DNA of 64,000 nucleotides, from contig VYFG01000048.1 in assembly GCA_009842505.1 (NCBI GenBank), positions 5,082-69,081 of the forward strand. Direction: 5' to 3'. The notes under the pieces were generated by a model. The model did no database searches. It saw nothing but the letters and a program-made list of their open reading frames with translations, and had not been told where the DNA came from. This document shows positions 9,287 through 21,135 of this stretch, piece after piece. Position numbers and translations under genes: made by a program. Within the stretch, counting starts at the first letter, position 1. Each line of letters opens with the position of its first letter. The stretch comes from Gammaproteobacteria bacterium. GTDB taxonomy: Bacteria > Pseudomonadota > Gammaproteobacteria > Arenicellales > Poriferihabitantaceae.

Positions 9287-11737
9287 CTAATGGGCCGTCA
9301 GGCCCGTGGTGGCGTCCTCCTTGCCCTTGGTGGCGGATTCCCCGGGTGCGGGGCGGTCGTGCTCGGCGGCAGGGGCCGGTACCCTCTCCAGGGTAAGCTC
9401 GATCACCTCATCAATCCATTTTACCGGCCGGATTTCAATCTCCTGGGTGATGTTTTCCGGGATCTCTTCCAGGTCGCGGTTGTTCTCGTAGGGAATCAGC
9501 ACCCGCTGGACGCCGGCACGATGCGCGGCCAGCAGTTTTTCCTTCAGCCCCCCGATGGGCAGCACCTCTCCGCGCAGGGTGATCTCCCCGGTCATGCCCA
9601 CATCGGACTTGACCGGTATCCCGGTCAGTGCCGACACGATGGCAGTGCACATGCCAATGCCCGCGCTTGGCCCGTCCTTGGGTGTGGCGCCTTCCGGGAC
9701 ATGAATATGGACATCCTGCTTCTGGTGGAAATCCGGATCGATGCCCCACTGCCTGGACCGGCTGCGCACCACGCTGATCGCCGCGCTGATGGATTCCTGC
9801 ATGACATCGCCGAGCTTGCCGGTGAACACATGCTTGCCCTTGCCGGGCATCACCACGGTTTCAATGGTCAGCAGTTCCCCGCCCACTTCCGTCCAGGCAA
9901 GACCGGTCACCTGGCCGATCTTGTTTTCCTTCTCGATGCCGCTCTTGCGGAACCGCCTGACACCAAGGTACTGGTCCAGGTTTTCGGAGGTGGCCGTGAC
10001 ATGCTTGAGACCCTTGTCGAGCAGCAGTTCCTTGACCACCTTGCGGCAGATCTTCGAAATCTCCCGTTCCAGGTTCCGCACCCCCGCCTCACGGGTGTAG
10101 TAGGCGATGATGTCATGAATCACGGATTCCTCGATGGTGATCTCCTTTTCCTTCAGTCCGTTGTTCCGGTACTGCTTGGGCAGCAGGTAGCGATGGGCGA
10201 TCTCCACCTTCTCCTGCTCGGTGTAGCCCGAAATGCGGATGACCTCCATGCGGTCAAGCAGCGGGCTCGGAATATTGAGTGTGTTGGCGGTGGCGATGAA
10301 CATGACGTCCGACAGGTCGTATTCCACCTCGAGATAGTGATCGCCAAAGGTGTTGTTCTGCTCCGGGTCCAGCACCTCCAGCAGCGCCGAAGAGGGGTCG
10401 CCCCGGAAATCCATGGACATCTTGTCCACTTCGTCGAGCATGAACAATGGATTGCCCGTCTTCACCTTCGCCAGGTTCTGGATGATCTTGCCGGGCATGG
10501 ACCCGATATAGGTCCGCCGGTGGCCGCGAATTTCCGCCTCGTCCCGCACACCGCCAAGGGACATGCGGATGAACTTCCGGTTGGTGGCCCGGGCGATGGA
10601 CTGCCCGAGCGAGGTCTTGCCAACCCCGGGAGGCCCCACCAGGCAGAGGATCGCGGCCTTGGATTTCTTCACGCGCTGCTGCACGGCCAGATACTCCAGG
10701 ATGCGCTCCTTGACCTTCTCAAGGCCGTAATGGTCGTCGTCCAGGATCTTCTCCGCCTTCGTCAGGTTGCGGGATATCCGGCTCTGCTTCTTCCACGGCA
10801 AGGAAATCAGCCAGTCGATATAGTTGCGCACCACGGTGGCTTCTGCCGACATCGGGGACATCATCTTCAGCTTCTTGAGTTCTCCTTCGGCCTTCTCCTG
10901 GGCCTCCTCTGACATGCCGGCCTCCTTGATCTTCCGGGCCAGGTCATCGGTCTCGTTGGGCACCTCGTCCATGTCGCCCAGTTCCTTCTGGATCGCCTTC
11001 ATCTGCTCGTTCAGATAGTACTCCCGCTGGCTCTTCTCCATCTGTTTCTTGACCCGGCTGCGGATCCGCTTTTCCACTTCCAGCAGATCGATTTCCGAAT
11101 CCATCACCCCGAGGATGTGCTCCAGCCGCTCGGTCACGGTGAGCAGTTCCAGGATCTTCTGCTTTTCCTCGTTCTTCAGATTCAGGTGGGCTGCGATGGT
11201 ATCGCCGATGCGCCCGGCATCGTCGATGCCGGTCAGGGAGGTCAGGATTTCCGGCGGAATCTTGGCGTTCAGCTTGACGTATTTCTCGAATTCCGAAACC
11301 ACCGTGCCGGCCAGCACGCCCAGTTCGCGACTCTGTTCTTCGGTATCGTCGATGGGAAGCGCGGCGCAGACAATGGCCTCGTCCTCGTTCTCCGGGTCAA
11401 TGCCGAAGCTGTGGATCCTGGCGCGCTGCGTCCCCTCCACCAGAACCTTGACCGTTCCATCCGGCATCTTCAGCATCTGGAGGATGGTTGCGATGGTTCC
11501 CATCTGGTAGATGTCCTCCGGGTCCGGATTGTCCTGGGCGGCATCCCGCTGGGCGGACAGGAGGATGCTCTTCTCGGACTCCATGGCGATTTCCAGGGCA
11601 CGGATGGAGCGGGCCCGTCCCACGAACAGCGGTATCACCATGTGGGGAAACACCACCACATCCCGCAGGGGCAGGAGCGGCAGCTGCAGCAGATCGGAAC
11701 TTCGGGGATTGTCGGTACTATCCATAACGGGTCTCAT
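9287..11737 (-). CDS. lon: Lon protease
   Basis: [32 protein letters not shown]; start uncertain (11737 or 11725). Confidence 0.97.
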   Translation of the reverse strand: MRPVMDSTDNPRSSDLLQLPLLPLRDVVVFPHMVIPLFVGRARSIRALEIAMESEKSILLSAQRDAAQDNPDPEDIYQMGTIATILQMLKMPDGTVKVLVEGTQRARIHSFGIDPENEDEAIVCAALPIDDTEEQSRELGVLAGTVVSEFEKYVKLNAKIPPEILTSLTGIDDAGRIGDTIAAHLNLKNEEKQKILELLTVTERLEHILGVMDSEIDLLEVEKRIRSRVKKQMEKSQREYYLNEQMKAIQKELGDMDEVPNETDDLARKIKEAGMSEEAQEKAEGELKKLKMMSPMSAEATVVRNYIDWLISLPWKKQSRISRNLTKAEKILDDDHYGLEKVKERILEYLAVQQRVKKSKAAILCLVGPPGVGKTSLGQSIARATNRKFIRMSLGGVRDEAEIRGHRRTYIGSMPGKIIQNLAKVKTGNPLFMLDEVDKMSMDFRGDPSSALLEVLDPEQNNTFGDHYLEVEYDLSDVMFIATANTLNIPSPLLDRMEVIRISGYTEQEKVEIAHRYLLPKQYRNNGLKEKEITIEESVIHDIIAYYTREAGVRNLEREISKICRKVVKELLLDKGLKHVTATSENLDQYLGVRRFRKSGIEKENKIGQVTGLAWTEVGGELLTIETVVMPGKGKHVFTGKLGDVMQESISAAISVVRSRSRQWGIDPDFHQKQDVHIHVPEGATPKDGPSAGIGMCTAIVSALTGIPVKSDVGMTGEITLRGEVLPIGGLKEKLLAAHRAGVQRVLIPYENNRDLEEIPENITQEIEIRPVKWIDEVIELTLERVPAPAAEHDRPAPGESATKGKEDATTGLTAH

Positions 11738-11811
11738 CTCATGCCGACCACCCCGCGACACCGGGTCGGCATCGGCGGAAAGCGGCGGGCAGATACAGTC
11801 TGTTGTTAATA

Positions 11812-11838
11812 ATGAAGGCGGGAAAGGCGCTTTGCAAG
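11812..11838 (-). promoter_or_regulatory. Possible sigma-32 promoter of lon
   Basis: Minus strand CTTGCAA-N14-CTTCAT resembles CTTGAAA-N13/15-CCCCAT, with mismatches. Confidence 0.4.
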
Positions 11839-11911
11839 CGCAATGTGCATCACATCCCCGGCCGCTTCCCGGCCAGCAGGACGGATGCCGCAGTGGACTG
11901 CGGCGCGGGAA

Positions 11912-13189
<1,278 letters not shown>

Positions 13190-13321
13190 ACCTACCGGGC
13201 GTCGGGCCCATTTACCTCATTGACCGGAAGTATAGAGGAAAATTTCGGCAAAGTAGTACGAAAATGCACATGAATGCCGAGAATCCCGCCGACGGGCCGA
13301 AGGGGTATTCTGCCCCCTTAG

Positions 13322-13945
13322 TTAGTCCCGCTTGGCCAGAACCGAATCGATGATCCCGTATTCCTGCGCCGCCTCGGCACTCATGAAATTGTCCCGGTCC
13401 GTGTCCTCCCGGATCACGTCAATGGGCTTGCCCGTGTGGTCGGAAAGAATCCTGTTGAGCCGGTCCCGGGTGCTGAGAATCTCGCGGGTATGAATCTCGA
13501 TGTCCGTGGCCTGGCCCTGGGAACCTCCCAGGGGCTGATGGATCATCACCCGAGAATGCGGAAGCGCGTGGCGCTTTCCGGGCTGGCCGCCTGCCAGGAT
13601 GATGGCGCCCATGCTGGCCGCCTGGCCCACGCAAACGGTGCTCACGTCGGGCCGGATGAACTGCATGGTGTCGTAGATCGCCAGTCCCGAGGTGACCATC
13701 CCACCGGGCGTGTTGATGTAGAGGGAGATGTCCTTCTCCGGGTTCTCCGACTCGAGGAACAACAGCTGGGCGACGATCAGGTTGGCCATGTGGTCCTCCA
13801 CCTGTCCCACCATGAATATCACCCGCTCCTTGAGCAGCCGAGAATAGATGTCGTAGGCGCGCTCTCCGCGCCCGGTGGTTTCCACGACCATGGGAACCAG
13901 GCCCAGGGCTTGCGTGTCGAGATCTGTCATTGTCGGTTCGCTCAT
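13322..13945 (-). CDS. clpP: ATP-dependent Clp protease proteolytic subunit
   Basis: [29 protein letters not shown]. Confidence 0.98.
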   Translation of the reverse strand: MSEPTMTDLDTQALGLVPMVVETTGRGERAYDIYSRLLKERVIFMVGQVEDHMANLIVAQLLFLESENPEKDISLYINTPGGMVTSGLAIYDTMQFIRPDVSTVCVGQAASMGAIILAGGQPGKRHALPHSRVMIHQPLGGSQGQATDIEIHTREILSTRDRLNRILSDHTGKPIDVIREDTDRDNFMSAEAAQEYGIIDSVLAKRD

Positions 13946-13971
13946 GTTTGGACGCCCTTGCGTACCCGGGA

Positions 13972-15273
13972 TCAGGCGGATTTCGGATTCATGAACTCGC
14001 GGAATCCGATATTCACCTCCTTGACGTCGGCCGATTCCAACATGGTGCTGACGACCTGTTCTTCAAGCACCATGGCCTCGATCTGCTGCAGTTTCTCGGG
14101 ATCGGAATAGTAGAAGTTCACGAAGGCATTGGCATCGTCGTAACCCTGGGCCATCTCCTCGATCCTGCTGCGCACCGTGTCGCCCCCTGCCTTGATATCA
14201 TGCCGGGTGATGACCTCGCGGGCTATCAGGCCAAGCGCCACCCGCCTGCGGGCCTGCTCGGTATAACGATCCCGTTCGATGCTGTCCGCGGGTATGCCCT
14301 GGGATTCCAGCTGTTGGGTGATCGCCTCCACCGCCCTGCCCACTTCCTCCTCGACCAGGGCTCTCGGGACCTCGATGTCGTTGGCCTCGTACAGCGCATC
14401 CATGACCCGGTCACGAATCGTGGCGCGCATGCGGTCCGCCAGTTCGCGCTCGAGACTGGACCGGACCTCCTCGCGCATCTTTTCCACGCCGCCCTCGCGG
14501 ATACCCAGGTCCTCGGCGAACGCATCGTTGAGTTCGGGCAGTTCGGGCCGCTCCACCTTCTTGACGGTGACTTCGAATTTCACGTCCTTGCCCGCCACGT
14601 CCCCGTTGTGATAGTCCTCCGGGAAGGTGAATTCCACGGTACGGGTATCCCCGGCGCCAGCGCCAGCAATGCCCTCGTCGAAATGCGCCAGCATCTGGCC
14701 CTCGCCAAGCACGAAGGGAAAGTCCGTAGCCGAGCCGCCGGCGAATGACTCCCCCTCGATGCTGCCGTTGAAATCGATGACCACGCGGTCACCCGCTTCC
14801 GAGGCGCCGTCCTTCTCGCTGAACGTGGCGTTGCGCTTCCGCAGATCGTCGAGGGTCCGCTCCACGTCCTCCTCGGTCACCTCGCACACCGGCTTCTCGA
14901 TGGCCTTTCCGCTGAGGCTGACCGTGGGGATCTCGGGGAAGACATCCACGGTGGCAGTGTATTCCAGGTCCTTGCCCGACTCGTAGGGCTCCGGATCGAT
15001 GGACACCAGTCCGGCAGCGTCGATCTGCTCCTTCGACAGCGCCTCCTGGTAACTGGCGTAGATCTTGTCGGAGATCACCTCGTTGATGACCCTGCCGGAA
15101 TACTGTTTCTGGATCACGCTCATCGGGGCCTTCCCGGGGCGAAACCCCGGAATCTTGGCCTGACGCGATACGTCCCGCAGGCGCTTGTCGACCTCGGCGC
15201 CCACTTCCTCGGAGGGAACGGACACTTTCAGTTTGCGTTCGATCACGCCGGTCTGTTCAACCGTCACTTGCAT
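13972..15273 (-). CDS. tig: Trigger factor
   Basis: [14 protein letters not shown] ribosome-binding loop, FKBP domain. Confidence 0.97.
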   Translation of the reverse strand: MQVTVEQTGVIERKLKVSVPSEEVGAEVDKRLRDVSRQAKIPGFRPGKAPMSVIQKQYSGRVINEVISDKIYASYQEALSKEQIDAAGLVSIDPEPYESGKDLEYTATVDVFPEIPTVSLSGKAIEKPVCEVTEEDVERTLDDLRKRNATFSEKDGASEAGDRVVIDFNGSIEGESFAGGSATDFPFVLGEGQMLAHFDEGIAGAGAGDTRTVEFTFPEDYHNGDVAGKDVKFEVTVKKVERPELPELNDAFAEDLGIREGGVEKMREEVRSSLERELADRMRATIRDRVMDALYEANDIEVPRALVEEEVGRAVEAITQQLESQGIPADSIERDRYTEQARRRVALGLIAREVITRHDIKAGGDTVRSRIEEMAQGYDDANAFVNFYYSDPEKLQQIEAMVLEEQVVSTMLESADVKEVNIGFREFMNPKSA

Positions 15274-15396
15274 GAATATCGCTTCCTCGTGAAATTGTAT
15301 TGCCCGGAACACCGGGAGCGGAATGACCCGGGGGAACCGCCAAAGAGCAGGAGAAACCGGTCATCCTCCGCCCGGACCGGAAGCCGGCCGGCAGGC

Positions 15397-15482
<86 letters not shown>

Positions 15483-15534
15483 ACGGACATTCCGTCATCC
15501 CGCCAGGCGCTTCCGGCCAGGGCGGGCATTGTGA

Positions 15535-15611
15535 TGGGGTGAGCGATGGGGCTCGAACCCACGACCACCGGGATCACAACCCGGGGCTCTACCAACTGAG
15601 CTACGCTCACC
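15535..15611 (-). tRNA. tRNA-His(GTG)
   Basis: GGTGAGCGTAGCTCAGTTGGTAGAGCCCCGGGTT-GTG-ATCCCGG...CACCCCA; includes G-1. Confidence 0.96.
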
Positions 15612-15665
15612 ATACACAATTGACACAATTGTACCTGTTCAACAGCCCCCGGAACTCCGGAAAAC

Positions 15666-16072
15666 TGGTACGCCCGACAGGATTCGAACCTGTAACCTAC
15701 GGCTTAGCTTACCAACTACGGCTTTCGCCGCCCACTGTGCCCGGCCCGGTGGATACGTCGTTCCCCCAAGGCCCAGGCGCAGTGGTTTGTGGTCTGGACT
15801 ATATCTTCACCATCGCAGGTGGGGCACGTATAGTCTCTACGGATCCCGGGTCATGAATCACGCCCCGGTTTCCTCGGTGTTGCCAACACCCCGGCAACAG
15901 CAAAGCCCGGGATGCGAAGGGTCCACCGATACAGTGCCCTGCACTCCGACAGTTCAGTTCCCGCCGGAGGCTCCTGTTTGCGGTGCCGGGATATTACGGA
16001 GCAAACTCTTTTCCGGATTCCCGGAGGCCGCCACTCAAAGGCCGTTGCTCTATCCTATTGAGCTACGGGCGC
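15666..16072 (-). tRNA. tRNA-Arg(TCT), split by a group I intron (exon 1: 16072-16038; exon 2: 15707-15666)
   Basis: Joined exons give the 77-nt GCGCCCGTAGCTCAATAGGATAGAGCAACGGC-CT-T|CT-AA-GCCGTAGGTTACAGGTTCGAATCCTGTCGGGCGTACCA; Arg identity base A20; occupies the Arg slot of the Pro-Arg-His-Leu operon. Confidence 0.93.
15708..16037 (-). ncRNA. Group I self-splicing intron (330 nt, no ORF, IC3-like)
   Basis: Preceded by exon U, ends in G; R element GTAGAGACTA (15840-15831) and S element AAGATATAGTCC (15807-15796) form P7; P3 GGGCAC/GTGCCC; P4 TCGGTG/CACCGA; P9-type GCGGC-GAAA-GCCGT hairpin. Confidence 0.92.
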
Positions 16073-16091
16073 AAAGGATAAAACGTAAAAC

Positions 16092-16168
16092 TGGTCGGGG
16101 TAGAGAGATTCGAACTCCCGACATCCTGCTCCCAAAGCAGGCGCGCTACCAGGCTGCGCTATACCCCG
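16092..16168 (-). tRNA. tRNA-Pro(TGG)
   Basis: CGGGGTATAGCGCAGCCTGGTAGCGCGCCTGCTT-TGG-GAGCAGG...ACCCCGACCA; 77 nt. Confidence 0.97.
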
Positions 16169-16248
16169 TATCGCCACGATTCCCCGACACGAATGCCGGG
16201 ATACAAGGTAAAACTACGCCCCCCGGGGCCTCAGGTCAAGGGCGGCGA

Positions 16249-16277
16249 ACTATACGGATTATGCCCCCTGCCGTCAA
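16249..16277 (-). promoter_or_regulatory. Sigma-70 promoter of the tRNA operon
   Basis: TTGACG-N17-TATAGT followed by GC-rich discriminator TCGCCGCC. Confidence 0.75.
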
Positions 16278-16332
16278 TGCCGGCGCCGGTCGGCCAGGCC
16301 CCTGAAATTGCCCGCAAAGGCCTCCCCAAGTG

Positions 16333-16359
16333 CTTGAAATGGAAAAGGCGGACCCCCAT
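16333..16359 (+). promoter_or_regulatory. Sigma-32 (RpoH) promoter of htpG
   Basis: CTTGAAA-N14-CCCCAT, consensus match directly upstream of htpG. Confidence 0.85.
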
Positions 16360-16396
16360 TACCGCCAGATTGACAATGCCAATCGAGAACCAGCCC

Positions 16397-18295
16397 ATGA
16401 GCCAAGAGACCACGATGGAAAAACACGCCTTCCAAGCGGAAGTGCAGCAGCTCCTGCACCTGATGATCCACTCCCTGTACAGCAACCGGGAAATCTTTCT
16501 CAGGGAACTCGTGTCCAACGCCTCCGATGCCTGTGACCGGCTGAGATTCCTCTCCCTGACCGACAAGTCCCTGCTCGAGGACGAGGAGGCGCTCGGCATC
16601 GAGGTGGACGTGGATCCCAAGACCAGGACCATCAAGGTCCGGGACAACGGCATCGGCATGGACCACGACGAGGTGATCGAGAACATCGGCACCATCGCAC
16701 GCTCCGGCACCCGCCGGTTCCTGGAGCAGATCAACCAGGGGGAGCAGAGCGAAACCGCGCTGATCGGCCAGTTCGGCGTCGGGTTCTATTCCAGCTTCCT
16801 GGTCGCCGAAGAGGTTGTCCTGCTGACCCGCAAGGCGGGACAGCCGGCCTCGGAGGGCGTGAAATGGACGTCCGACGGCAGCGGGGAGTACTCGGTGGAA
16901 TCCGTCGAACGGCCCGAAAGGGGTACGGAAGTCATCCTCAAGCTGCAGAAGGCACACAAGGAATTCCTGGAAAGGTTCCGGGTCCGCGGCGTGATCGCGA
17001 AATATTCCGATCACATCTCCCTGCCCATCCGGATGCTGCAGGAACCCGAGAGGGACGACAAGGGCAAGATCATCAAGGGGCAGACCCTGGAATACGAGAC
17101 CGTCAACAGGGGCTCCGCGCTGTGGGCCCGGCCCAAGAGGGAAATCAGCGAAGAGGAGCACCGGACCTTCTACACCTCGCTGACCTACGATCCCGAGCCG
17201 CCAGCCATTACCCTGCACAACCGGGTGGAGGGGAAGCTGGAATACATCTCCCTGTTCTACATCCCGTCGAAGGCTCCCTACGACCTCTGGGACCGGGAGC
17301 AGCGTCACGGCATCAAGCTGTACGTGCGCCGGATCTTCATCTCCGACGATGCCAGGCAGCTCATGCCGAGCTATCTGCGGTTCGTCCGCGGGCTGGTGGA
17401 TTCGGCCGACCTGCCGCTCAACGTTTCCCGGGAGTTCCTGCAGCAGAATCGGGAGATCGACAGGATCCGCGCCGCCTCGGTGAAGAAAATCCTCGCTGAA
17501 CTGAAAAAGGTCGCCGCCAAGGATGCCGAGAAATACCTGAATCTCTGGAAGGAATACGGCAAAGTGCTGAAGGAGGGGCTGATTGAGGACCCCGAGAACA
17601 AGGACAACCTCGCGAAGCTGATCCGGTTCGCATCCACCCGGGGCGAGGACGACACGCAGAACGTCTCCCTGGAAGACTATGTCGGCGCCATGAAGGAGAA
17701 GCAGAAGGCAATCTACTACGTCACCGCGGAAAACCATGCCGCGGCCAGGTCATCTCCGCATCTTGAAATCTTCCGCAAGCACGACATCGAGGTGCTGCTG
17801 TTGTCCGACCCGGTGGACGAGTGGGTGGTGAACCATCTCACCACCTTCGAGGACAGGCCGCTCCAGTCCATCGCCCGGGGGGAACTGGACCTGGACGAAC
17901 TGGGGGACGCAAAGGACAAGGACGAAAGCGAAAAGGCGAACGAGACCCTGTCGCCGCTGGTGGACCGGTTCAAGGCCGTGCTGGAGGACCGCGTCAAGGA
18001 CGTCCGCCTGACCGACCGGCTGGTGGATTCCCCGGCGTGCCTCGTGGCCGACCAGTATGACCTCGGGGGCAACATGGAGCGGATCCTGAAGGCCATGGGC
18101 CAGGATGCGCCCGTCGCCAAGCCGATCCTCGAACTGAATCCGAAGCACGAAATCCTGGACCGGATCGATCTCGAGTCCGACACCCTGGAAGACTGGATCT
18201 GGGTGCTGCTGGACCAGGCGGTGCTGGCCGAGGGGGCCTCGCTCAGGGACCCGGCGGCCTACGTGGCGAGGGTCAACCGGTTGCTGGCGGGCTGA
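16397..18295 (+). CDS. htpG: Chaperone HtpG (Hsp90)
   Basis: FQAEVQQLLHLMIHSLYSNREIFLRELVSNASDA, IGQFGVGFYS, DLPLNVSRE. Confidence 0.98.
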   Translation: MSQETTMEKHAFQAEVQQLLHLMIHSLYSNREIFLRELVSNASDACDRLRFLSLTDKSLLEDEEALGIEVDVDPKTRTIKVRDNGIGMDHDEVIENIGTIARSGTRRFLEQINQGEQSETALIGQFGVGFYSSFLVAEEVVLLTRKAGQPASEGVKWTSDGSGEYSVESVERPERGTEVILKLQKAHKEFLERFRVRGVIAKYSDHISLPIRMLQEPERDDKGKIIKGQTLEYETVNRGSALWARPKREISEEEHRTFYTSLTYDPEPPAITLHNRVEGKLEYISLFYIPSKAPYDLWDREQRHGIKLYVRRIFISDDARQLMPSYLRFVRGLVDSADLPLNVSREFLQQNREIDRIRAASVKKILAELKKVAAKDAEKYLNLWKEYGKVLKEGLIEDPENKDNLAKLIRFASTRGEDDTQNVSLEDYVGAMKEKQKAIYYVTAENHAAARSSPHLEIFRKHDIEVLLLSDPVDEWVVNHLTTFEDRPLQSIARGELDLDELGDAKDKDESEKANETLSPLVDRFKAVLEDRVKDVRLTDRLVDSPACLVADQYDLGGNMERILKAMGQDAPVAKPILELNPKHEILDRIDLESDTLEDWIWVLLDQAVLAEGASLRDPAAYVARVNRLLAG

Positions 18296-18328
18296 GCACG
18301 CATCTTCCGGACCCGCCCGCGGGGCGGG

Positions 18329-18793
18329 TCAGATCAGCCACGGCACTGCATTTTCCAGCCGCAGCAGACCGATCTTGGTCTCGACCCCCGCGCCTCCGGA
18401 ATACCCGCCGATCCCCCTTGCCGCCAGCACCCTGTGGCAGGGAACGATGATCGGGAATGGATTGCCGCCGCAGGCGCCGCCCGCCGCCCGCGGGGTGGAC
18501 CCCAGCTGCCGGGCCATGTCCGTATAGGTGATCGTACTGCCGTAGGGGATCCGGGCCATCACGTCACAGGCCGCAGCCTGGAATTCACTGCAGCCGTAGG
18601 CCAGGGGCAGATCGAAGGTCCTGAGAATGCCGCCGAAATAGGCCTTCAACTGCTCCGCAGCCTCGGCCAGCAACGGGGAACGGTCAACAGCCGGCGCATC
18701 GCGCCATCCGAGCCTCGTGAGACACTCCCCTTCCTGCACCAGCAGCATCCGCCCGAACGGCGTCTCGATGGATTTTCTGAGTACGGCAGGCAT
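18329..18793 (-). CDS. ogt: Methylated-DNA-protein-cysteine methyltransferase
   Basis: IPYGSTITY and NPFPIIVPCHRV active-site motif. Confidence 0.92.
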   Translation of the reverse strand: MPAVLRKSIETPFGRMLLVQEGECLTRLGWRDAPAVDRSPLLAEAAEQLKAYFGGILRTFDLPLAYGCSEFQAAACDVMARIPYGSTITYTDMARQLGSTPRAAGGACGGNPFPIIVPCHRVLAARGIGGYSGGAGVETKIGLLRLENAVPWLI

Positions 18794-18859
18794 GTCCGGG
18801 AAGGAATATTCACCATGATCATCCGCCGTATACCGAATCCCGGGCCGGGCTGAATCCGG

Positions 18860-20941
18860 CTATCTGCCCAGACGTTCCCTGGCTTCCGCGATCACGATTT
18901 CCGCGATGTTCCTGGGACAGGGCGCATAATGATCGAACTCCATGGAGAACTGCCCCCGCCCGGAAGTCATGGTCCTCAGATCGCCGATGTAGCCGAACAT
19001 CTCGCCCAGCGGCACCTCGGCCTTGATGCGGGCACCGGTGGGGCCGGTGTCCTGGGCCTTGATCATACCGCGGCGGCGGTTGAGGTCGCCGATCACGTCG
19101 CCCACGTGGGCTTCCGGGGTGAACACGTCGACCCGCATCACCGGCTCGAGGAGCTGCGGACCGGCCTTGGGCATTGACTGGCGGTAGGCCGCCTTGGCCG
19201 CGATCTCGAATGCCACCGCAGAGGAGTCCACCGCGTGGAAGGCGCCGTCCAACAGGGTCACCTTGACGTCCAGGCAGGGATACGCGGCGAGGACGCCCTC
19301 TTCCATCATGTCCCTGAACCCCTTGTCGATGGCCGGCCAGAACTCCCGCGGCACGTTGCCGCCGGTCACCACGGACTCGAACTGGTAGCCGCTCCTGGCC
19401 TCTCCCGGCTCGATGATGTAGTCGATCTTGCCGAACTGGCCGGAGCCGCCGGTCTGCTTCTTGTGCGTATAGCTGTCCTCGACCCGCTGGGTGATGGTTT
19501 CCCGGTAGGCGACCTGGGGCTTTCCGACCGTCACTTCCACGCTGTGGGTCCGGCGCAGGATGTCCACCTTGATATCGAGGTGCAGTTCGCCCATGCCTTT
19601 GAGAATTGTCTCGCCGCTGTCCTGGTCGGTTTCCACATGGAACGAGGGGTCTTCGGCCACCATCTTGCCGAGGGCGATGCCGAGCTTCTCGGACCCGCTC
19701 TTGTCCTTGGGCGCCACCGCCATGGAAATCACCGGGTCCGGAAAGACCATCGGTTCCAGGGTCGCGGGGTTCCTTTCGTCCGCCAGCGTATGCCCGGTAT
19801 GCACGTTCTTCATGCCGAGCACGGCGATGATGTCCCCCGCCTGGGCGGCAGTGAGCTCGTTGCGGGAATCGGCATGCATCTCCACGATGCGGCCGATGCG
19901 TTCCGTTTTCCCGGTGAAGGTGTTGAGCACGTTGTCGCCCTTGGCGAGTTTGCCGGAATACACCCGGATAAAGGTCAGGGCGCCGTAGCGGTCGTCCATG
20001 ATCTTGAATGCCAGGGCGCGCAGCGGCCTTGCCGGGTCCACGACAGCATATTCGCCGGTTTCGTTGCCTTCCAGGTCCACTTCGGGCTGGGGTTTCACTT
20101 CCGTCGGATTGGGCAGGAAGTCCACTACGGCATTCAGCACCAGCTGCACCCCCTTGTTCTTGAACGCGGAGCCGCAGTAGGTGGGGAAGAAGTCCAGGTT
20201 GATGGTGCCCTTGCGCACGCAGGCCCTGATCGTGTCGAGATCCGGCTCCTCGCCCTCCAGGTACATTTCCATCGCCTCGTCATCCTGCTCCAGGGCGGTT
20301 TCGATCAGTTTCTCGCGGTATTCCTCCACCTGGGCGGCCATGTCCGCGGGCACCTCCTCGATATGGTACTTGGTGGGGTCGCCGGACTCGTCCCAGATCC
20401 AGGCCTTGCGGGTGAGCAGGTCCACCACGCCCCTGAAATCATCCTCGATGCCGATGGGCAGGACCATGACCAGCGGGTTCGCCCCGAGGATGTCCTCGAT
20501 CTGGTCGACCACGCGGTAGAAGTCGGCGCCCATGCGGTCGAGCTTGTTGACGAAAATGATCCGGGCCACCTCGGAATCGTTGGCGTACCGCCAGTTGGTC
20601 TCGGACTGGGGCTCCACCCCCCCGGAGCCGCAGAACACCCCGATGCCGCCGTCCAGGACCTTCAGCGAACGGTACACCTCGATCGTGAAGTCCACGTGGC
20701 CCGGCGTGTCGATGATGTTGAGCCGGTAGTCGTTCCAGAAGCAGCTGGTCGCGGCGGACTGGATGGTGATCCCGCGCTCCCGCTCCTGGTCCATGAAATC
20801 GGTGGTGGCCTCGCCGTCATGCACCTCGCCGATTTTGTGGATCTTGCCGGTGAGGCTGAGAATGCGCTCCGTGGTGGTGGTCTTGCCCGCATCCACGTGG
20901 GCGAAAATGCCGATGTTGCGATACTTGGAAAGATCTGTCAT
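18860..20941 (-). CDS. fusA: Elongation factor G (stand-alone copy)
   Basis: [39 protein letters not shown]; no rpsL/rpsG/tuf adjacent. Confidence 0.95.
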   Translation of the reverse strand: MTDLSKYRNIGIFAHVDAGKTTTTERILSLTGKIHKIGEVHDGEATTDFMDQERERGITIQSAATSCFWNDYRLNIIDTPGHVDFTIEVYRSLKVLDGGIGVFCGSGGVEPQSETNWRYANDSEVARIIFVNKLDRMGADFYRVVDQIEDILGANPLVMVLPIGIEDDFRGVVDLLTRKAWIWDESGDPTKYHIEEVPADMAAQVEEYREKLIETALEQDDEAMEMYLEGEEPDLDTIRACVRKGTINLDFFPTYCGSAFKNKGVQLVLNAVVDFLPNPTEVKPQPEVDLEGNETGEYAVVDPARPLRALAFKIMDDRYGALTFIRVYSGKLAKGDNVLNTFTGKTERIGRIVEMHADSRNELTAAQAGDIIAVLGMKNVHTGHTLADERNPATLEPMVFPDPVISMAVAPKDKSGSEKLGIALGKMVAEDPSFHVETDQDSGETILKGMGELHLDIKVDILRRTHSVEVTVGKPQVAYRETITQRVEDSYTHKKQTGGSGQFGKIDYIIEPGEARSGYQFESVVTGGNVPREFWPAIDKGFRDMMEEGVLAAYPCLDVKVTLLDGAFHAVDSSAVAFEIAAKAAYRQSMPKAGPQLLEPVMRVDVFTPEAHVGDVIGDLNRRRGMIKAQDTGPTGARIKAEVPLGEMFGYIGDLRTMTSGRGQFSMEFDHYAPCPRNIAEIVIAEARERLGR

Positions 20942-21135
20942 GACGGTAATTCGGTAAGTACTGGCAATCCCGGGCAGAATCGGCGAATCCCCGCGCCTGC
21001 CGCCCCCGGAAGGGGGCCCGGAAAAATGAGGCGCGATGATACATCAATCGGGCCGTCATTTCATGGGGGAAAAACAGGGAAAAAACCACCCCACGGGCCG
21101 TGCCCGGGCGGCGGCGGCGGGAAGGGGTCCCGGAG

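Noticed and set aside
15666-16072. Integrated element with att-site tRNA duplication, or a Lys(UUU)/Ser(GCU) reading of the split tRNA
   Set aside because: The halves are complementary, not duplicated, and there is no integrase. The alternative junctions would end the intron in C or A instead of G.
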